Source: Squalus acanthias (lineage: Eukaryota). From it: a DNA stretch of 64,000 nucleotides. The translations under genes were made by a program, and so were the position numbers. Under the pieces are notes generated by a model. The model saw nothing but the letters and a program-made list of their open reading frames with translations, was not told where the DNA came from and did not search any database. The stretch is from NCBI GenBank assembly GCA_030390025.1, contig JASTWF010000326.1, positions 186,001 through 250,000 on the forward strand. The letters run 5' to 3'. Of the stretch, positions 12,912 through 25,092 are shown one piece after another (position 1 is the stretch's first letter; every line of letters starts with the position of its first letter).

Positions 12912-15900
12912 GGGGTCGAGGTCTGCCACAACTGCAGCATGTGGGAGTTCGTGGAGAGCATCGCAATCCAGGACAACCACATCTGTAGTAAATGCCTACA
13001 TCTCGAGGAACTTCAGCTCAGATTTGTTGAGCAGGAGTCCAAGGTGCAGACATTGCAGGGCATCAGAGAGAGAAAGAGTTACCTGAACACTTTGATCCAG
13101 GAGGCAGTCATACTCCTTAGGTTAGGTTCTGGTCCAGGTTTGATTAGTGGTCAGGGTCAGGAGGGTGTGACTGTGAGTCAGGCAGGTAAGGGGGCCCCAG
13201 GTGCAGTGCTGGAGGAGCCTTGGCCTTTGCCATTATCCAACACATACGAGGTTCTTGCTGCCTGTGTGGATGAGGGCAAAGTCAGTATAACCAGGGGGAT
13301 AGATACTATTCTCTACAGCCGCGACTGGGAGTTCCGAAGGCTGTGTTGCCTTCCAGGTGCCAGGGTTAAGGATATCTCCTCGCGGCAGGAGAAGAACGTG
13401 GAGTGGGAGGGGGAGGAGCCAGTTGTCAGAGTCCACGTAGGAACCAATGACATAGGTAGAACTGGGAATGAGGTTCTGCTGAAAGATTTTGAGGAGCTAG
13501 GGTCGAAATTAAAACGGAGAACCTCATGTAATAATCTCTGGACTGTCACTTGAGCCACGCACAAATTGGCATAGAAACAGACAGATTAGAAGGTTAACTG
13601 CATGGCTCAAAGAGTGATGTGGGAGGCAGGATTTTTGATTCACGGGGCACTGGCACGAGTACTGGGTAAAGAGGGAGCTGTTCCGTTTGGACGGGCTCCA
13701 CTTAAACTGGACTGGTACCGGTGTCCTGGCGAATCGAATAACTAGGGCAGTTGATAAGGCTTTAAACTAATGGGGGACAGGGATGTGGGAGGATTCAGGA
13801 AAGGGTAAATTCAAAAGCAGTAAGAGAAATGTCAAGGCCGTACAGCAAAGTAGTGATTTGGGTAGAAATAAGCAGAGTGGGTCAGGAAGGGACAGAGAGC
13901 TTAACAAAAGTAATAGGGCATCAGGGCCCAACATGACATGAGGGAAAAATAGAAAAAAGTTCAAGCTAAAGGCATTATATCGGCATGCACAAAGCTTTCG
14001 CAACAAAACAGATGAATTAATAGCATAGATAGAAATAAATGGGTTTGATCTAATAGCTGTTATGGAGACATGGGTGCAGAGTGACCAAGGTTGGGAACTA
14101 AATATTCCAGGATACTTGACTTTTGGAAGAGATAGGCAAAATGGAAAAGGAGAAGGGATAGCCCTGATAATAAAGGATGGGATAAAGCCAGCAGAGAGAA
14201 AGGATCTTAGCTCAGACAATCAAGATGCAGAATCACATTGGGTGGAGCCAAGAAACAATAAGGGGCAGAAAACACTGGTGAGAGTAGTTTATAGGTCCCC
14301 AAACAGTAGTTGTAGTGTCGGGCACAGTATATATCAGGAAATTAGAGCATGTAACAAGGGTAATTCAGTAATCATGGGGGACTTTAATTTTCATATAGAC
14401 TGGATAAACCAAATTTGCAGTAGTAGTGCAGAGGACGAGTTCATGGAATGCATTCAAGATAGTTTTCTAGATCAGTACGTCGAGGGACCAACTACAGAAC
14501 ATACTATCTTAGATCTAGTATTGTTCAATGAGACAAGGTTAATTAATAACTATGTAGTAAAGGAGCCTCTGGGGAAGAGTGATTATAGTATGATAAAGTT
14601 GATTTTGAGAGTGATTTAGTTAAGTCCGAAACTGGGGTTTTAAATCTGAACAAAGCAAACTATGCAGGTAGATGAGGCGAGTTCACCAAGGTAGGTTGGG
14701 ATGCTAGATTAAAAGATAGGACGGTACATAAGCAATGATAAACATTTAAAGAAATAATTCACAATTCACAATGAATATACATTCCCTTAAGGAATAAAAA
14801 CCCCATGGGAAAATTTGTCCAACAAGAGGAGATAAGGATAGTATAAGATTAAAGGAAGAGGCTTATAATGTTATCAAAAATAGTAAGCCTGAGGATTGGG
14901 AGGATTTTGGAATTTAGCAAAGGAGGACCAAGAAATTTATGATAAAGAGAGAGAAAAGAGAATATGAGAATAAACTAACAAAAGACATGAAAACAGATTG
15001 TAAAAGCTTCTATAGGTATGTAAAAAGGAAGAGATTAGTGAAAGTCAATGTGGGTTCCTTACCAGCTGAAACAGGAGAAATTATAATGGGGAATAAGGAA
15101 ATGGCTGAGTCAATGAACAAATACTTTGTATCTGTCTTCATGAAGAAGACACAAAAAGCATTCCGGAAAGAGTGGGAACCAAGGGTCTAGTGAGAATGAG
15201 GTACTGAAAGAAATTTGTATTGTAAAGAAATAGTACTGGAGAAATTAATGGGACTAAAAGCCAACAAATCCCCTAGACCTGATGGCCTACATCCTAGGGT
15301 TTTAAAAGAGATAGTGGATGCATTTGTTTTGATCTTCCAGAATTCCCTAGATTCTGGAAAGGTCCCTGAGGATTGGAAAGTAGCAAATGTAACCCTGCTA
15401 TTCAAGAAAGGAGGGAGAGAGAAAACGGGGAATTATAGACCAGTAGTCTGACATCAGTAGTAGGGAAAAGGCTAGAATCAATAAGGGATGTGGTAACAGG
15501 GCACTTAGAAAATATTAATTGGGCAGAGTCAACACGGATTTATAAAAGAAATTGCGTTTGACAAATCTATTAGAGTTTTTTGAGGTTGTAACTAACAGGG
15601 TAGATAAGGGGTAACTAGTGGTAGGAGTATATTTTTATTTTCAAAAAGCATTTGATAAAGGTGCCACACAAGATGTTATTATACAAAATTAGGGCTCATG
15701 GGTTTGGGCGTAATATATTAGCATGACTTAAGATTGGTTAACAGACAAAAAACAGAGTAGGAATAAATGGGTAATTTGCAGGTTGGCAGGCTGTAACTTG
15801 TGGGGTACCGCAAGGATCAGTGCTTGGGTCTCAGCTATTTCCAATCTATATCAACAACTTAGATGAGGGGACCGAGTGTAATGTATCCAAGCTTGCTGAC

Positions 15901-16811
15901 GATACAAAGCTAGGTAGGAAAGTAAGATGTGAGGAGGATGCAAAGAGCCTACAAAGTGATATGGACAGGTTAAGTGAGTGGGCAAGAACATGGCAGATGG
16001 AATATAATGTGGAGAAATGTGAAGTTATCCACTTTGGTAGGAAGAATAGAAAAGCAGAATATTTTTTAAATGGAGAGAGATTGGGAAATGTTGGGATTCA
16101 GAGGGTCCTGGGTGTCCTTGTACACAAATCACAGAAAGTTAACATGCAGGTACAGCAAGCAATTAGGAAAGCAAATGGTATGTTAGCCTTTATCAGAAAA
16201 GGATTGGAGTGTAATAGTAAAGAAGTCTTGCTGCAATTATATAGGGCTTTGGTGAGCCCACAGCTGGAGTACTCTGTACAGTTTTGGTTTCCTTACCCAA
16301 GGAAGGATATACTTGCCATAGAGGAAGTGCAATGAAGGTTCACTGGACTGATTATTGGGATGGGGGAATTGTCCGATGAGGAGAGCGAGAGTAGACTAGG
16401 CCTATATTCCCTAGAGTTTAGAAGAATGAGAGGTGATCTCATTGAAATGTATAAAATTAAGGGGCTTGACAGGGTAGATGCAGGGAGGATTTCCCCTGGC
16501 TGGTGGGTCTAGAACTAGGGAGTCGTAATCTCAGAATAAGTGGCTGTCCATTTAGGACTGAGATGAGGAGAAATTTCTTTACTCAAAGGGTTGTGAATCT
16601 TTGGAATTCTCTACCCCAGAGGGGTGTGGATGCTCAGTCGTTGAGTATATTCAAGACAGAGATTGATAGCTCTTTGGATACTAATGGAACCAAAGGGATA
16701 TGAGGATCATGCGGGAAGAGGGAGTTGAGTTAGATCAGCCATGATCATATTGAATGGCAGAGCAGGCTCGAAGGGCCGAATGGCCTACTCCTGATCCTAT
16801 TTCTTATGTTT
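12912..16811 (+). mobile_element. CR1 LINE with ORF1 (Zn-finger, coiled coil, esterase) and decayed ORF2
   Basis: CHNCSMWE...HICSKCLHL, CLPGARVKDI, VHVGTNDI; ORF2 fragments 14062-16703; CR1 3' UTR and tail at ~16800. Confidence 0.95.
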
Positions 16812-19287
16812 ATAGGAGGGCATATTGAAATATATAAATGACAAATATTTCATTTCATATATTTCCCACCATTGTAACGTTGGACGCAAGGGATGTCTAC
16901 TCAGTCCTGGCATTGAGCAATGCTACAGGTGGCATGGGGCTATTTATAATTTGAATAGCCCAAAAACCTATGGAATCACAGAGCAATTAGTTTCATAGAC
17001 TTATAGGATAAAAAAGCACTGGTGCACAGATACTGCTCTCAACACACCATACTGCAGCAAACTTCCGAGGCCTACTGCAGTTAATCTCCATCCCTACTCC
17101 AAGCATGTTCTGCAGAGGACAGGGAGCCCAGGAAACAAAAATAAGTCACCCCGCAGCTGGGAAATTGACCCAGGTCAGAGGCACATCCTTGAGGCGGCCA
17201 GATGCCTCATCACGCCAAAGATGCACCCCAATTCCAGTGGGGTTCACCCCCACTGGAATATCTAGGCTGTAGTGTAAGTCCAGAGTGAAGGCCTAACCTT
17301 ATTCCAGGGCAAAGCGGATCGAAATGCCCTGGAGGAATTTGCTTCGCTCAAGTCAACCTGGTCTCCGACTATGGATTTACACGACAATGCCGTACCAACA
17401 CTACTATTTTTGTGTAACTGCACCCTGAAAATACTAGTTGAAACAGATAAGTTCTTTCTCATTATGGTTACTCAACACTTGAATATTTTATGAGGGAAGG
17501 GGAAAAGATTCATATTTTCATGTAATAATGTGGTTGATTAAAATGGTTCGACTTAGAATGTCATTTCCCACAAACGCAGAGGCAGGCTGGGATACAACAC
17601 TATGCAAAACACACAGCAGCAGCCAGGCTCAGCTTGAATAATGATCACATGGTTGGAGCAGCATGCAGATCTCAGGGCAAGTTGGCCGGCAGGCACAGTT
17701 GGGGCTAACCCTGTACAGTTAGCAATAACAGTAATTCAGTGCAATGAACATCTCACTATAATGAACTTATTGGATTTCCTCTATCTGTTATAATGAGACT
17801 ACAGTGCATTACCAAGAACTGCTCTAGGCTGGAATCCACCTACATGAAGCTATTTGTGCTAGCATTCATTGCCAGTATTAAATGAAGGTCAAAATGTTAA
17901 GAAAGTAATTATTTTTTCCCAGTACACTTCACAGAATACCAACAAAGATGTTGTAAATACACCAAAATCTTTGACATGTCCAGAATAACAGGAAGCCATG
18001 AAATTCCCATCCTACAAAACAGAGTATCTGATATATTCCAATATATTTTAATGTGCATTTAATAGTCGAGCTGTAGAACAGACTCAATTCATTAATATAA
18101 TTTCTCAATTCATTAAAATTTGCATAAGATTTAAATTATTGATAGACACAATTTAAAGTATTCCTCAAATGCTATAACTCACTTAGGCAAAACACGTTAT
18201 GAAAAACTTGGTGCATTAAAATTGCAGAAGTTTGTTCAAAACATCTAAAACAATGTGGAGGCTAGAGCCAGAGATTACATTTTTGTTGTCTAAAATGGCC
18301 TATATAACCAGTGATAGGTTTTCAGGTTTTAACTCATTTTCTCAGAATCTTTAGGAATATTGAGCAGTTATTGATTGCTAATGTGAGGAGACACATGCTT
18401 AGTGTACAAACGACTAAGTAGATATAGAAAACCTCAAGGGACAAGAACCACCAGTAGCCTGGCTGCATTAACCTTTGGTTGTGTTTTATACAGACCTTGA
18501 GAAATAAGCAGTTTGGGAATTTGGTTTGCTTCTTTCCTTGCCCCACCACCGATTCAGACGACCTGAATTTTACACACAGTTTCACACTTAATGAGCCTGT
18601 GATCAAGAGACATTAGCAGCAGGACTCTAAAAATCTTTTATGCTATCATCTTACCTTGAACTCATTAGCATAAAAAACATGGCCCAGCAGTCTTCTGTTG
18701 GCAGTGGGCAGGGCTGTTAATCCACCTGATTAATAGTATACCTACCAAGGCTATTACTAGATTTTCTATTATCTGACAATTGTACCAGTGGCAGAGACAA
18801 GGCTAGAAGTTATCATAAATCTTAAATGATTTTTAAGAGGGCTACTAATGACACTAATGACAAGAATTCTTCCTTAAAAGGGCACCGTCAGAACTGGATG
18901 TAGCTTTTGAAACTGCATGTGTGAATATAAAGTGTTTGAGTCATTCACATTATGAAAATGCCTTGCATTACTTATGCGATGTCACTGTGATGTGCTGACA
19001 ATAATGATGGTGTCGTTCCCTTTTAAGTGCAAGGTTGGCCTTTGAATAATGCCAGGTTAGATTTCATTATCAACATTAGCCAGTGGGCCAATATGCGTGG
19101 TGAAAGCAGGCGTACTTTCCTGCTGGCCGATGTGTGTGGGACCCACCTGGACCCCTTTAGATTTAGAAATTCTTTGAGGACATTTTGGCCCTGTTTTCAA
19201 GTGGCCCATATTATAGATGTTTCTTAGGGGAGCGGGGGAAGAGAAATAATCCAACACCCTCCTGCAGCCTCCTTTTTTATTTAAACC

Positions 19288-19385
19288 TTGGCTCAGTGGT
19301 AGCACTCTCACCTGTGTTCTGAAGGTCATAGGTTCAAGCCCCAGTCCACGGACTTCAGCACTAGTAATCTAGGCTGACAGTACAT
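19288..19385 (+). mobile_element. tRNA-derived head fragment of SacSINE1/Deu-like SINE
   Basis: GGCTCAGTGGTAGCACTCTC...GGTTCAAGCCCCA matches the head of the 45.3-45.8 kb SINE. Confidence 0.6.
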
Positions 19386-19754
19386 TCTGGTGCTTTGTAC
19401 ATCAAACCCAAGCTGGGCTATTTTCTCTGAGTGAAACTGGTTTTCAAACTTGTATGTACTGTGATTAAAACAAAAAACCCAATATTAAGATACATCAGAC
19501 ATAAAAATCAGACTTTTGTCACAGATGAGTTACACCCAAAATATTAACTTGTCTTTTCTCTTTGCAAACTATGACTGACTGACCTGCTGTACACTTCCAA
19601 TTGTTTCTGGACAATTTTTCTGAATTGTGCCAAAATTGAAAACATTACTTGGAATGACCTTTGTAATAATTGATGCTGCTAGCAGAGGCTGTTTTTCCAA
19701 GCAGCTAATTTGCTTTGTCAAAGTGTGTGGTGGGACAGGTTCAAGTTGCAAGAT

Positions 19755-19892
19755 AAGGGAGTGAAGGGTTATGGGGAGTGGGCAGGGAAGTGGTTTTGAG
19801 CCCAAGATCAGCCATGATCTTATTGAATGGAGGAGCAGGCTCGAGGGGCCAAGTGGCCTATTCCTGCTCCTATTTCTTATGTTCTTATGTTC
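19755..19892 (+). mobile_element. CR1 3' end fragment
   Basis: GATCAGCCATGATCTTATTGAATGG...CCTATTTCTTATGTTCTTATGTTC, same 3' UTR/tail as the long copies. Confidence 0.9.
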
Positions 19893-20269
19893 GTAATTTT
19901 ATATACAGCTATTTTCTGATCTGAGCAAATGTCTGATCTTTCCAACAAAATCAGCGAGAATCAGAGGCACTCAATCAGACCTCCTGGCTAGTATATATAG
20001 AGTTGCATTGGCAGGAGAGAAGATTAAGAGGCTATAAACCAGCTTTTTAAAATGCTGACAAATATGGATAAGAACTGTTTGCACAAAGCAGAGCACAAAA
20101 CCTGCAGGCCTCAAACAAGAGGAAAGATTAGAAAAATATCCTCCATCTACAAAGTTGTAGATATCTGGATTAGATCCAATCAAAACTAGTTAATGCAATG
20201 TAGATTAATTAAAAACTTGAATGTGTATAGTGTGTTTCACAGCCTCAGGACGGTACAAAGTGGTTTAAT

Positions 20270-20545
20270 CAATGACATACTGTTACAATGTAGGGAAACG
20301 CGGCAGCAATTTGCACGCAGCAAAGTCCCACAAATATTAATGAGATAAATGACCAGATCGTTTTTTTTTAAAGCGATGCTGGTTGAGTGATAAATAATGG
20401 CCAGGACTCCCCTGCTTTTCTTCAAATAGTATCATGGGATTTTTTGTGTCCACCTGAGAGGGCCTCACTAATTTCTCACCCAAAAAAATGGCACCTCAAA
20501 CAATGCAGCACTCCTTCAGTATCGCACTGAATTGTCAGCCTGGAT
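20270..20545 (-). mobile_element. SacSINE1/Deu-domain SINE fragment
   Basis: Aligns by eye to 45430-45730 (GGAAACGCGGCAGC, CTCCCCTGCT, ATGGGAT, GCAGCACTCC). Confidence 0.75.
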
Positions 20546-22482
20546 TCAGTCATTAATTATGTTCGATAAACTAGACAAATATTTGAATGAAACCAAAATT
20601 AAAAGTTGGAGGAATAAATAGATGGTGAAAATCAATGCAAATTGTACATGGTTCATTGACTGTTAGAATGTCTTGGATTAATGAACAAAATGGTTTTTTC
20701 CTCCCTTCTTATACTTAATGACTTTAGGCCTAAGAGAACATCATTCACCCACTATCAGCTGGGGACAGGCTCTTTAAGAAACAAATGAAGCCTGGTCATG
20801 TACTGTAACAAGCATTAACACAATAGCATAGTTAGCTGAAGACTTTTATGAAACAATTAATGTGACAAAAATGTCCCTTTCTATGTTTAGATGTAATGCA
20901 GGTCATCAGACACGTTAAGACTGCACCATTTGTTTTTGTAGCTCATCTCAATTAGCTCAAGGCTTTTTGTCATGCTGACAAGACAACCAAAATCAGATGA
21001 AGATGTGCTCTCAGCATTTGAGGATAAAATCCAGGTCAGTCAGATATATATCTCAAGAGATAAATGCAGGAATTGGATTACATTTGGAGAGTCTTGGGGG
21101 ACTAGATGGAGAAGACGATGGGGAACAGAAAAGCAAAAAAAAATCTTTTTAGGTCACATCACAGGAGTATGGAACTTCAGCTATGAGGATTGAGAGCAAG
21201 ATGTATTGGGATTTCCTTTCCTCCCCATCATAAAAATCTGTGACGAATTAACTGTTTACTGTTTCACATTATTCTGAACTGACCATGCATACACACTCAA
21301 GAATTAACAAGGGAGCAAGAGTCCCAAAACAAAAATGTACTAAGTCTGGGGTAAAGTGGATTATGAGAGAGTAAGTGTGAGTGAGAAAGCATGTCATCTC
21401 ATTTGTGAGCCTTACTGTCGATTTAGAAACTGTGAGGAAAATAGCTCCTGCTACCATTACTTAGGAAAACAAGCAACATCAAAAACCACAATGCATCACT
21501 AAATTCTGAAAGACAGATAGCTTTGAAATATCAGCTTGCTCATCAACTACACAAAAATATTAAGTAGTCCGTACCCTACTTTTTAACCTGAAAATCTGTC
21601 ACAAAATTGCCATTTATGTCTGTTGCCTGTACATAAACCTTTGCTTTTATTCAAAAAGATAATAACTAGAATAGCTACAATATGAGAGCAATGGTATCTC
21701 GTGTATTTAAACCCGTCATTATACTCTCTACTGCAACTAGTGTCTTTTGTCTTTCCTGGGTTACTGCTACTTCTCTGTCAGAGGTTACCATTTCCCTTAC
21801 AAAAAAGTCACCACTTTCTTTTTCAATGTCAACCATCAGGACAATTGTGTTTTTCCATCTAAATGTTCAAAACCTTCAACTGTCACAGAAAATTCACCTC
21901 ATCTAAACTCTTCTTCTGCTTTCTGTACAGTATTATGCACTGCAAAAATAAGAAACACGTTTTCATCCAAGGAACTTATTGCATGAGATGACTCCTAAGT
22001 AATTCAGTTGGCAGTTCTGCATCTCATTGGGTTTCAAAACATATTTTTCTTTATGGGATCTGAAACTTGTGGCATATTTTTTCATTATCCCTGGAGATAG
22101 CTGGTGTGATGCATAACAGCATCATTCATCACAATAAATCATTAAAATATTCATGGTATGCACTTTTAAATCACCACAGTGAACAGAAGTGTGCTAAAAA
22201 TAAGTGATTTTGCACAAAAAGAATTTGCACCACTTTCCTGCAAAAGGAAAATAATCTTCACTGGCAAGAGTGATGTGCAAGGTGTGAGAACAGGCAAAAC
22301 TCAAATAGGGAACTCCAGTAAATACCACGTTAGCAGGCAATGCTTTATGGAAAATTAAACATCATCTCCGCTATGGAATAATGGAGGCGGGTCCAGGGAC
22401 ATGCTTGAAAAAAAACATGAACAAATGGAGGAAAATATATCCTTGTTCATTTCACCATATATTGATTGCTGAGATTGGTATA

Positions 22483-22960
22483 ACTAGATTGATCCTGGGG
22501 ATGAGAGGGTTGTCCTATGAGGGCAGGAGAGATTGAGTAGATTGGGCCTATACTCTCTGGAGTTTAGACGAATGAGAGGTGATCTCATTGAAACATGTAA
22601 GATTCTGAGGGGGATTGACAGTAGATGCTGAGAGATTGTTTCCCCTGGCTGGAGAGTCTAGAACTAGGGAACATAGTCTCAGGATAAGGGGTCGGCCATT
22701 TTTAAGACTGAGATGAGGAGGAATTTCTTCAGAGGGTTGTGAATCTTTGGAATTCTCTGCCTGAAAGGGCTGTGGATGCTGAGTCATTGAGTATATTCAA
22801 GGCTGAGATAGATAGATTTTTGGACTCTAGGGGAAACAAGGTGATATGGGGATCGGGCAGGAAAGTGGAGTTGAGGTCGAAGATCAGCCATGGTCTTATT
22901 GAATGGCGGAGCAGGCCCGAAGGGCTATATGGCCTACTCCTGCTCCTAATACTTCAGTTC
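22483..22960 (+). mobile_element. CR1 3' fragment
   Basis: LYSLEFRRMRGDLIE and NLWNSLP motifs plus CR1 3' UTR. Confidence 0.9.
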
Positions 22961-24290
22961 TAACTGAATATACAAGGAAGAAAGGCGGCCCCTATTGACA
23001 TACTGTCAGCCAGTATCGGTTTGACGGGGATCAAATAGCTTGTACAAATTAAGACATAGCTTGTGACATGGACAGCAGACCTAACTGGCCCCAGTATATG
23101 AAAGAGAGGAAAGATTAGGGAAAATTTTCAGGGTTAGAAGCATTTTAGATTACAACACAGAAACATAGCTTATCCGAAGTTGTGTGTGTTGTCTCAAAAG
23201 TAATCAGCAGCTCAGCAGGAGTTTGTAATGACTTTTTAAATTTTTGATACTATGGGAGTGTAGCAGCAGGGAACTCTGGCCTCAGGAAGCAAAGTGGCAT
23301 AAGCAGACAGAACTGGATTTGAGGGAATATGTCAGAAGACAGTGCAGTCTAGCAAGATTAGGATCAGCTGCTTTTCTAGCTTTGAGCTATCAAACGATAA
23401 GGGTATTTTACTAGCTAGGTGAGACTTAGCTTACTGAAAAATCCCAAGGTACTTTAGAAACTCAACAAAATGTGAGTGATTAAACTGTCAGTGAGTTACA
23501 TGCTGGGATACTCTGATGACTTCAAATGAGACAAGTATCGCAGGCTTACACTGCAGACAGCTGAGATATAGTACTTAGGGTGAATTAGCACAGAAAGTTG
23601 ACATAATAATTGGCAGGGCGAACATTTATCAAGATTAAGAACATTATCATGAAATTACTACAATCAATACTGTGATTCCCCACAATCCAATATTCTGAAA
23701 TATATTGCTCAAGAATTTATTAAAAACTGAACTAAAAAAATAGCTAATTTGTTCACAAACCAAACCTGAAGCTCATTCTGCATGTGATATTCTTCAGACA
23801 GTAACTGGGAGAAAACAAGACTCTGAACTAAATTTTGAATGTTGTACAGCTCATACCTTCTGACGAAACCAAGTGAGAAATATGCACTGTTATTTTGTTG
23901 CTACAGTATAGCGTGCATATTATTTAAAAGGTACAAGAGGCTATAAAATATTTATACTCAAAATGTACATTTCTTAACCTCCAGATAAATGTGAAAACAT
24001 TTTTTGCAATGTTTTTGCCTTGAATGGAAACCAGCACCTTGTGGCGTTAGGATGTCTTGCTAATACAGGATTGACCTGGTGCAGTGGACTGCTGTTACGT
24101 GTAACCACTGCACCAGATTGGGAGCGTACATTGCAAGTCAAATGTTGCAACTAACAAGGCAAAAATTAGAAGATTCTATTTATAAAATATTATCTGCATC
24201 CCTAAAATTAGGTGGCACGTCAAAACCAATTTCTGCTGCAAACCCAATGAAATTCAGCAGTGAGAGAATGTAGATATGCAGCAAGTCATT

Positions 24291-25092
24291 GGGCTGGATT
24301 TTCATTGACCCGTGGAGGCGGGTTTGGAGGCGTGTGGGGGGTTAAAGTTGCAGATTCGGGGGTCCCGAACCCATCCCGCCCCCATGCCAGTTTCACTGGA
24401 GGCGGGTACCCGACCTGTGCTGGGACCCGCCTCCCCGAGGCGGGAAGGGGATTAGTGGTAATAAACTGCCTGTTAACAGGTAGTTAACAGGCAGTTTTTT
24501 GCCTAATCCCTATTTTGATGCGTGAAATGTGGGCTTCCCGACAGGTCCCAACCACGCCAAGTTAGCGAGGCGGACCGTGGGTCTGCAGGGGTTGGAGGGG
24601 TCGATATGTCCAGTGGGCAGGTGAGTGATGGGTGCATGTGTGCAGAGGTAAGTGTGTAAGGTAAGTGTAAAGTGTGGGAAAAAGTTTCACTTACATTAAC
24701 TTCCTCCTGCAGGTGTCAGCCCTTCAGTTCTCGGGAGTCAGAAATCTCACCGGCACAGAAAGCAGAAAGGCCGTGGTGCTGTCAAAAAACTGCAGCCTCT
24801 GTTTTCTGTGCTGGAATGATTTCTAACTCAGCCTGAGAGGAAGGACTCAAGTTAGAAGATAGATTGTCAGTGTTTGACAGCTTCAAGGAGCTGTCAAACG
24901 CTGATATTTCATCTGTCAAAAGCTCTTGACAGATGAAATGTCAATCTGTGACGTCACCTGTCGCTCGGCGGGCTCAACAAGGTCAATCAAGTGAAAAAAC
25001 AGTGGGTTGGCCACAAGTCGATGGAGGCGGGACTACAACCCAAAAAGTGGGAGTCCCACCTCCATCACGTTCCCAGTATCAAAATCCAGCCC
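24291..25092 (+). mobile_element. Harbinger-like non-autonomous element (family A, copy 1)
   Basis: Perfect 12-bp TIRs GGGCTGGATTTT / AAAATCCAGCCC; flanks ATT/ATA; internal similarity to 60161-60815. Confidence 0.85.

Noticed and set aside
18653..18723. Minus-strand exon GLTALPTANRRLLGHVFYANEFK|gtaag
   Set aside because: Good donor but no polypyrimidine tract at the acceptor; peptide not recognised.
21413..21426. 14-nt minus-strand micro-exon (cctcacag|TTTCTAAATCGACA|gtaagg)
   Set aside because: Such short matches are expected by chance; no supporting evidence.
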